DNA of 64,000 nt, taken from positions 626,799-690,798 of the forward strand of contig JAHDYR010000069.1 of the NCBI GenBank assembly GCA_019828565.1. The letters are read 5' to 3'. The notes under the pieces were generated by a model. That model did no database searches and was not told where the DNA came from. It saw only the letters and a list, made by a program, of their open reading frames with translations. How positions within the stretch are numbered: position 1 is the stretch's first letter; every line of letters begins with the position of its first letter. Shown in pieces: positions 55,931-64,000 of the stretch. The DNA is from Carpediemonas membranifera BICM (Eukaryota > Protista > Fornicata). Both the position numbers and the translations under genes were made by a program.

Positions 55931-58444
55931 CTACCCCTGTTCCTGGGGGGCCTTGACGTTGACTATGACCTTCTCATAGTCCCTGAGGCTCTCTGCTAGG
56001 TCGTCGCAGCCCCAGACTCCTTGATGAGCCGTAGCCTCCTTCGAGGGCCACCACTCGTATAGCATGGCCATGGTTATGATGTCCTCCTCCCTTGCTGCCC
56101 CTAGGCCCTTCCTGACGCGTACCATGCGGAGCTGGTTAGCCGTGGCTCTTTCCATGATGGTCCATAGCGGGCTTCTCTCCAGTACACCTTCGTTGTCCAT
56201 GATTGTGAGGGGGGCCAGTAAGATGCCCTTCATGCCCAACAGAACCTCCCCGAACCCGAAGCCGATGCCGAAGCGGTGTCCGTTGTCCGGGACTACGAGG
56301 ATCCTGTCGCCGACTTCCCTGCTGACGTCCCTTGCGTCCCCGATCGGGTACGTGCCGAAGATCTCAAAGGTGTCCCTCCTTGTCGCGAATTCCGGGCCTC
56401 CCATGATATCCATGCCCGGCTCCGCCTTCCCGACTGCTTCCATGGTCTTGTCGAGTGCCTTACCCATGTAGTGGTAGACGTCTGGGGTGCTCATCCTCTC
56501 CTTGCATAGGGCCCTGATCCTGGCTGTGAAGACTACTGTATCCGCCAACCCACAGTGGTAGCAACCCGCGGTGTGTCTGTGGTACGGACAGACTCCCTTG
56601 GGCTCGCTCCTGTTCTGCCATCCATTTGACCATGTTGTTACTGCTTCCAGGTAGTTGGTCTTGTCGAGGTTGTCCCTGAGGTTTTGGCCAGCCTCCTCCT
56701 TGCCGTTGGTCTCCAGGATCTCTGGTAGCTTCTTCTCGTCCACCAGCCTAGCTTGGAAGAATTCCCTGGTTCCTTGCTCCAGTCCATTTGTGGGGTTCGT
56801 GAGGAGGAAGCTTTCCATCTCCACCCCCTTTGCATACATGATTATCTTCCAACCCTCCGACCTTTCGATCCTTGCCAGCTGAGCCGCCAGGCGGTTGGCC
56901 CAGTCCCTGAAAGTATGTATGTGCTTCTCATACTCGATCGGCGGCCGCCCCGTCCCGACCTCCACGAAGGTGGCCGGCGGCAGCCCCGTCACTGCCCATG
57001 CCGTGTACCTCGCTTGGTCCATGCTTGCTGCCGGTATGTCCTGGTAATACAGGCCATGCCCGTGTCCAAGAATGTCCCCAGTGCTGAGGTCAAAGAGTAC
57101 GATCCCGCCCTCAACCGGGATGGCAGGGATCCCTGCCTTCTTGACGCCAGGGTCTGCGCACTCGAAGTCGATGGCTCCGATCACCAGTCGTTTCTCCTTG
57201 TCCTTTCTAGGCATCCTCGGCGGCTGGCTGCTGACCTTGTTTGAGTCGACCTCCTCATCCTGGTCGATCTTGCCTTGGTTGGCCCCGACCATGTCCTTGT
57301 TCACTTCCAGGAGGCTGTCGTCGAGGCTTCTTCTGCCGGGCATGGTGGCCTGCTGGCGTCGTTCCTCCTTGTCCTTGACATGTTGCTCCTCGTCTCCGTC
57401 GATGACCGTGCTAGCGGACGACCTGTCCAGATCGGCATGTTCGTCCCTATTGCTGCGGACCGAGGTGGCCTTGAGCACTTCCAGCCTCACCTTCCGGAAC
57501 GGCGGCTCGTTGCTAAGGGGGGTCTCCTCCCCTTCGCCCAGGATATTGGTTCTGCCCTTCAGGTAGATCCCTGACTTGTTCCATGCTGCCTGCCATATGG
57601 CCGGGGCCTCCGGTGCCTGAAGCCTGAGGATGTCCCTAGCCTCCTCCATGAAGCGGCTGATGGACCATGCTGACGTGTCGCTTAGCTCTAGGATGACCCT
57701 GTACTTGCCGTCCTCTTGCTCGTAGGCCACTCTGGTGACCGGGCCTTGGTTTGCCGGATCCCATACCTTGTCGTAAGGCACGCCTTCTACGGCCTCGTCT
57801 CCATGAGCCCCTGATACCAGTATGAACGACCCTTCGGCCTTCTTGACGCTGTCCCTGTCTACATCCCATTCGATGGGCCCATCTTCCTTCGGCTTGAGGA
57901 TCGCCGTCTCGATGTCCTTCTCAGATGGCCATCTTGCCATGCCAGTGAAGCCCGCTTTCAGCGTCTTGGGCTCCAGTGCCTGTGCCATGTCCTTTGCTTC
58001 CTCGTCTCTGGGGTTGAGCGCCTCTGTGAGCATGTAGAAAAGGTCGCGGAGGCCGTGGATGCCGCATGGGTTCCTGAGGATGATGTCCTTGTTGTCAGTG
58101 ACGCCGGTTGCGAAGAGGATGCGTCTGGCGTTCATGATTACTTCCTTGCGTCCTTTGGAGTTCGCATTGAGCGACTTTCCTGTAAACTTGCCTGTTCTAC
58201 GAAGAAGTAGAGTCCTTGAATCGTTCCTTTCAGCGAGGAAGCTGTCCAGTAGTTCCCTGATGTCCTCCCACTGCTTCTGCGTGGAATCCCTGATCCTTGT
58301 CGGTATTTCTACCTGCATTGTTGAGTGCAAAATTTCTCCCCTTTTCCTAGTCCATAAACTGGGTCGGAATTTTTGGGTCCGAAAGTCGGGCCACATGTAC
58401 ATATCCGGGTGAGGTCTCCGTCCAGGCCTTCCAGTTTCTCCCAT
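55931..58444 (-). CDS. LINE ORF1 with a Maelstrom-like DEDD nuclease domain
   Basis: AIDFE...PVEGGIVLFDLSTG.I...H...TGLP...YAKGVEME...CPYH......HCGLAD. Confidence 0.6.
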   Translation of the reverse strand: MGETGRPGRRPHPDMYMWPDFRTQKFRPSLWTRKRGEILHSTMQVEIPTRIRDSTQKQWEDIRELLDSFLAERNDSRTLLLRRTGKFTGKSLNANSKGRKEVIMNARRILFATGVTDNKDIILRNPCGIHGLRDLFYMLTEALNPRDEEAKDMAQALEPKTLKAGFTGMARWPSEKDIETAILKPKEDGPIEWDVDRDSVKKAEGSFILVSGAHGDEAVEGVPYDKVWDPANQGPVTRVAYEQEDGKYRVILELSDTSAWSISRFMEEARDILRLQAPEAPAIWQAAWNKSGIYLKGRTNILGEGEETPLSNEPPFRKVRLEVLKATSVRSNRDEHADLDRSSASTVIDGDEEQHVKDKEERRQQATMPGRRSLDDSLLEVNKDMVGANQGKIDQDEEVDSNKVSSQPPRMPRKDKEKRLVIGAIDFECADPGVKKAGIPAIPVEGGIVLFDLSTGDILGHGHGLYYQDIPAASMDQARYTAWAVTGLPPATFVEVGTGRPPIEYEKHIHTFRDWANRLAAQLARIERSEGWKIIMYAKGVEMESFLLTNPTNGLEQGTREFFQARLVDEKKLPEILETNGKEEAGQNLRDNLDKTNYLEAVTTWSNGWQNRSEPKGVCPYHRHTAGCYHCGLADTVVFTARIRALCKERMSTPDVYHYMGKALDKTMEAVGKAEPGMDIMGGPEFATRRDTFEIFGTYPIGDARDVSREVGDRILVVPDNGHRFGIGFGFGEVLLGMKGILLAPLTIMDNEGVLERSPLWTIMERATANQLRMVRVRKGLGAAREEDIITMAMLYEWWPSKEATAHQGVWGCDDLAESLRDYEKVIVNVKAPQEQG

Positions 58445-61400
58445 TGTCCATGCTCCGTACTATATAGGCCATTCTTTCCAAAAAGGCGCGGTCCTAAAAA
58501 TGCGTCGCCCTTTTCTGAGTAGCGGGGCCTTTCTGTGTAGTTGTTGTTGCTTTGTTCGTAGTCTCCTTTTAGCCTCTATCGACGGCCCCTGTTTCCCTTT
58601 TGTGCTGCCCTTCCTTCCTTGTGGTCTTGACAAAACCATGTAGCCGCCGGTGCTAGCACTGGCCCTCGACGGTTGTTTTCCTTTTCCTTGTAAACATACG
58701 TTCCATGAAGACACTTTGATTCCTTGGTATGGGCGTGGAGCTCCCACTCGCGCCCAGCGGTATGCCCTGATAGCAACCCTTGAATGTTCAGACAGGAGGC
58801 CAAGGCCGCTCCTTCTGAGCTCCATGGGGCACTGCCCTATCCATATAGGCCAGGCCTGTTGGTCCTTGTCCATCCATGATCGAAGTGTTTCCACTTTGCT
58901 GAAATCATTGGTGGACTGACCCCCGGCTGTGAGGACGAGGTCTCTGTGGCGATCGGGATCCAGTAGGCTATGAACGTCGCTCTCTGCTTGCATGTGAAGA
59001 GGCTCCCTATCTCCGTGTGGGCCCACCAGCTGGTCGGGAACGCTGCCTCGAACCAGTCCTGTGCTATGGCTGCCAGTCTGGCGTTGGAGTTCGTCCTGCG
59101 TTGTGGTGCGATGACTAATAGGCCTCTCTGCTGCAGTGCGGGGTGCGTCTCGTCTGACGTGGCGATCTCCTCCGCCCTGGCGATGACCTTGTCCAGTAGG
59201 CTGACTGGTGGGACCGCCAATGACCTCATCTCTGACCAATTGCATGTAAATGCGTCCGTCTGGAAGTCGTGGTCCTCCGGCAGGAATCTCTCCGCGCAGA
59301 AGAGTGATCGGTCTACTGACCCCCATCGTTCCAGCGCGCTCTGGAGCATCGCCGCGGGTGAGTTCCAGTCCAGCTTCCGGTACCTGGACAGCCCGTCGGC
59401 AGTCGTGTTGTATCTCCCTGGAATGTGCTTGGTTCTTATCCTGCAGCCAATCTCGAACAAGTAGTCGTGAAGCTTCACAATCGTCCTTCTGATGTGTCGG
59501 GGGGCTCTGGTGCTTGACTTCAGGACCCATGAAAGCGCTGATGTGTTGTCCCCGGCTAGGAGTAGGTCCCTCTCCTGAATGTCGCTCGTCCATCTCCGCA
59601 GGCCTTCCTCCATTGCCCATAGCTCCTTCGCGTTGATGCTCTTGGAGCATTGTGCCTCTGAGAACCTGCCCTGGATGTTGAGGGACGTGTCTTCGACAAA
59701 CAGCGTCGCGCCGAACGCATAGTCCGACGCGTCGGTCTCCATACGAAGTACCTGGCCTCTTGGGCCGAAGTACCATGCCGGATCGGATGATAGCTGTCTG
59801 GCCCACCACCGCAGGTCCGTTCGTAGGTCCTGGGGCAGGCTGGACTTTGGGTACCGCACTCGGTCGTCGCAGCCAGCGATCCTGACCTGCAGCTCTCTGA
59901 GCCGGACAAGTGCCCGCGTCCCTAGTGCGAACCGGCAGAAGAGTAGCTTTCCGTGAAGGGTCTGAAGGTCCCGCTTTGTGTGTCTCTTGAGTTGCAGGTT
60001 GGCTATGAGACTGCTGTACTGAGCCCTCTTCTCCTCTGGCAGCGACATCGTCATCTCGCGCAAGTCGACTATCACGCCCAAGTAAGTTACCCTCTGGGAC
60101 GGGGTCAAGTGGCACTTCTCTCTCGATAGGACGACTCCAAGTGAGTCCAAGATCTCTAAGATCCGTGGGACCTGGGCGCTCAACGACTCTCTCGAGCGAC
60201 TGATTATGAGCAGATCGTCCAGATACACGTATATTATCAGTCCTTCGAGAATTGAGCGCAAGATCTTCGCCATCTGTGACGTAACCGACTGAAACTGCCG
60301 TGGCGCCGTTGAGAGGCCGAAAGGGAGTCCTCTCCATCTGTATTGTTCTCCCTCGAACGAGAATCCGAGTTCCTGTCGTGAGTTCTCCTCCACTAGGAGC
60401 TGGTAGTACCCGGACTTCATGTCCAATGTTATTCCCCACGAGTTTCTCGGAACGCCATGCTGTATCTCTGCTAGGCCCTTCAGCCTGAATGTTAGGTCCT
60501 CTTGGTATGCATTGACCGGTCTCAGGTCGTGTATCAGACGGTAGCTGCCTGCGATCTTCTTCTCTAATGTAAACAGGGGGCATATTGTCGTCGCCTCGCC
60601 CTTCTCTATTGCTTTCTGTTGCAGTAGCTCCTCTAGTAGAGCCTTCATCGTGTCTGTCTCCTTCTGGAGGTGCGCATTGAGCGCCGGTGCTGCCGGGGTG
60701 ACCTTCACTCCCTCTCGTAACAGTTGCACCACCTCCCTGCTGGCCCCGAGGGCCTCCCACCTCATCCACCGACGGCTCATCGAGCCCGTCAGCCCCTGTA
60801 TACACTGGGTGGAGGTGTCTTGCTGATCTTCTTGTGCTTCTTCTCTTTCCATTGCAAACAAACTCTTCGAAGTATATCGAGCCTTTTATAGTCATCGGGT
60901 TCAGGCTTAACCCTTCTCTGGCCTCTACTGGGCCCGCCCCGGTCCGAGGTCGGTTGCCGGGGCACGACGGTTGTTGTTGTTGAAGCGGGGAGAGTTGCGG
61001 CTGAAGCCGCCGAAGCCTCTCTGGAACCGCTTGGGTCGAGGAGGCGGTGGGGTGGCCTTGGCCGCCTTGGCGGCCAGCACTACGAAGCGTTGCGCGTCTC
61101 GTTCTTCTCTCGAAATAGCCATGAAGTAGCGCGCAGCGGTGTCGGAGTGGCTGTCATATAACCGTAGGAACTCGAGTCTGCGCTCGAAGACCGCCTCGAT
61201 CGCGGCTTCGATCTGGTTGACGCGCGTCATCTCCGGGTTGTTGAGGATACCTCTGATGTCGGCAAGTGTCTCGCGGAGGTGGTCGTACTCCTTAGCAACG
61301 GCTCCTATCCGAGACGGGCGTCTCGGGTCCCGTGTACTGTCCTTAACCGATGAAACCTCCGAACGGAGTGCCGTAATGACGTTCTGCTGCTGTTGTATGA

Positions 61401-61683
61401 GCTCAGCAAGGCTCTCCATGGTGACAGGCGGCGGATCAGCGTTATCCGTGTCGCCTTCGGCCATCCTCACGGTTTCTGCTGGAGGGATACGATCTGCTCG
61501 CGATCGGGACGGATCAAGACCGTATCCACAATCATATCTTTCGAGATTTTCTAAATATTTTGGCCATCTTTCTCGTGTCCCCGGAATCCTGTTCTGACAC
61601 ACCCTGACCCAGCAGTGTCAGGGCGTGAGCCACGCCCGAGGCGTGATAGCTTACATATCGATGATATGCAGGGCGTGTAGCTC

Positions 61684-64000
61684 ATGAAGTTTGCCAAAAG
61701 CGCAATCCAGGACGCTTTAGCTTCCGGAGGCGTTGTAAGCACCCTTCAAGAGCCGTCAGACGCGATTTTCGCGTTCCTCCGTGCGACTTTGCTTCGATAT
61801 GTGCCGCCGTCGCTAATGCGGGAACATGCGTCGACAAGACAGCGTTTCAAACGAGCATTGTGCTCGAAGAACGTTATCTCGATGCTATTTACTGCTGATG
61901 CCAGCGCTAAGAGCAAGCGTTTCAACGTCGCCGTCGCGAACGAAATCGTGTACTTCCTGTCGCCGCTATTCAACGCTCATCCTGTCCTGTTCGACAAAAA
62001 GGACTCCATTGACCGGATATCCGCTGGTCTGGAGCGCATCTGCCTTCACGTTGAACAGATGAAGCTTTCTCCGACATCTCTTCGTCTCCTTATTCTCAAG
62101 CTCGACACGCGAGTGCTGCTGGACTCCTCTGGCACACAGAGCGTTCTTCATGAGAGTAAAAGAGACGATTTGATCGACGAGTTGCTTTCCATGGGGTGCC
62201 CAATCAACACAATGGGCCTCCTGCCGTCGGATAGTCCGACTGATGCCAGCGGAACTCAGGCCGAACCGGTTAGTGTGCCCCAGGAGGCATCGTTGGCCGT
62301 GCCGGACTCCCCGCCGTCCGTTCCCGCCGAGTTGGCCGGGCCGGAGAATGCCTCGCCCAGCCCGTCTCAGACGAGGCCAGCCGCAGTGATTGTGCGCTCT
62401 CCGGAGCCACCACGTGCAGGCGGCCAGACATCTGAGGCGGGTGGTGCCGTTGCCCTGGTCGACAGAGTTGTAGGTGTTGAGTCACCTTACGGCACCGGGG
62501 GCGAGGCCTCTAGTCAGGATACCTCGGCACCCACGCAACCGAGCTCGAGCTCGGACAGCAGCCCTGCTGCTGTCATCAGGAGCCACCTTTGACGAGTGGG
62601 TCCCCGACGCCATGCGCGCCGACCACTGGACCACTCCAGAGCAGGTGACGGCCACCCTGTGCGACCCAGCCCTCGTCCGGGCCCTTATGGACGAGTCCAA
62701 CCGTGGGTCGGCCACGGGTCGATTCAGCCAGAGTCGGCTCCGGCAGCTCTGTGAGGCATTGAGGGGCTTTGTCCCCGAGACCGTCAGGTCGACACTGCCA
62801 GTCCTGCCCAACGGCGGTAGGATCTTCACCAAGCTGCCCCCGGTGGTTGCCAAGATCGCCCAGGCCTGCTTCGGGTCAGTCCCGCAGCCGGCGCCCCGGG
62901 TGACCTGGGTACCTGATGGGGCCGCACGCCAGCGCAGTGTCCCCGAGCCGTTCTTGCCAGCTCACAGCGCCATGTTTGTGGGGAAGTTGCTCCCCACGAA
63001 GAGGGCCAGACTGGCATGGGCGAAGAGCTTTGTCGCGCTGCTCAATGAGTACGCCGCAGCCCCGGCCCACGGGAAGCCCGACGTTGTCCGCCGCATCTTG
63101 ACCTTCGCGCAGGGTCTCTATGCTCCTCCGGAGCGGACCACCGAGCAGCCCCGGCTGAAAGCCAGTGCGCGCGCACTCAGGTTGGGACAACGAGGCTTCT
63201 ATTCTCGCGCCACGCAAGCTCTCTCCGCCGGAGAGTTCGCTGGGGATCGCGCGTGGGTGGAGGCCAGGCTCTGTGAGAGCCAGGTGCAGCCGTCTGGTAG
63301 TCGGCTGGCAGCAGTGTCGGGTCCCGCGTCCACACTGAACCACTGCCAAATGACTGTCCCTGCGGTGAAGAAGGCACTTAAGAGCCTCAACGCCGAGTCC
63401 GCACCGGGTCCTTCAGGCCTATCTTACCTTCATCTGAAGGCGATGGGCCGGGCCATCGGGTGGAATGAACTCGCCGCGGCTCTTGTGCCCCTGCTCGAGG
63501 ATATGCTCGAGGGCGTCGCCTGCCTGGAGCCATTTTCCCACTGCATCCTTGTGCCGATCCCGAAGAAGGATGGCAAGCCGCGCCCCGTCTCAATAGGCGA
63601 CAGCCTTCGTCGTCTCGCAGCGAAGGTGGCAGTTCGTCAGGCTGCTGCCCGGCTGCGGGACGACAAGGCGTTGCCGGGTCAGTATGGCCTCGGCGAGAAG
63701 TGCGGGCTCGAGGAGCTAACCAATCTTGTGAGGGAGCATCATCGTGGCGGCGGTCAGGTGATCGCTTTGGATCTTACCAACGCATATGGATGCATGAGTA
63801 GATCTCACCTTCGCGATGCGACAGCTGCATACTGCCCGTCGCTTTCCGAGTACCTCGAACTGATGTTGCTTAATCCAATGCTGTTCTCAGCAACCGGGAT
63901 GGTCCTCAGATCACTCGAAGGAATTCCGCAACGGGATCCTACGAGCCCGCTGCTGTTCAGTTGCGGCATGAAGCCCCTTTTGGACGATCTTCGGACCGAG
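61684..64000 (+). mobile_element. CRE-like non-LTR retrotransposon, frameshifted; runs off the window end
   Basis: SAPGPSG (~63398), RPVSIGDSLRRLAAK, QYGLG, ALDLTNAY and GIPQRDPTSPLLF are the N-terminal RT motifs of the early-branching type. Confidence 0.8.

Larger units (their letters stand above)
52869..58919 (-). mobile_element. APE-type non-LTR element, internally deleted (no RT seen)
   Basis: 14-bp TSD CCCCCGGCTGTGAG (52855-52868 and 58920-58933), 3' (CTTT)n tail, ORF1 followed by an APE ORF. Confidence 0.9.
51471..61669 (-). mobile_element. Y4: near-identical tandem copy of Y3 sharing one A repeat; interrupted by a LINE
   Basis: 51471-52868 and 58920-61669 match Y3 with a few SNPs; A1 at 61444-61669. 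Confidence 0.95.

Overview
Eukaryotic DNA, probably from a compact protist genome (the one clear intron is 31 nt; the species cannot be named from sequence alone). The first ~5 kb holds host genes: an RCC1-like gene with a tandem repeat, an intron-containing yjbQ and a decayed Hikeshi/OPI10. The other ~59 kb is a deeply nested pile of mobile elements whose ends and target-site duplications (TSDs) can be read directly. It contains seven Ty3/Gypsy families with very short LTRs (mostly 57-90 bp), a 16.2-kb cut-and-paste DNA transposon, a head-to-tail stack of five DIRS/PAT-like tyrosine-recombinase retrotransposons, and three or four non-LTR element pieces. Four observations stand out. (1) The 16.2-kb transposon (12508-28700) has CATGCTG termini, a 2-bp TSD and a RAG1/Transib/Chapaev-like DDE transposase split by a nested relative. 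It carries PHD-finger, SET-domain, HEPN and kinase cargo genes. (2) All six Gypsy 5' LTRs are followed by a perfect 10-14-bp palindrome instead of a tRNA primer-binding site. (3) A LINE ORF1 contains a Maelstrom-like DEDD nuclease domain. (4) A covarying RNA hairpin occurs as a pair in two diverged putative LINE 3' UTRs. Family assignments come from motif recognition by eye, with no database search. Many single-base frameshifts could be decay or long-read errors.
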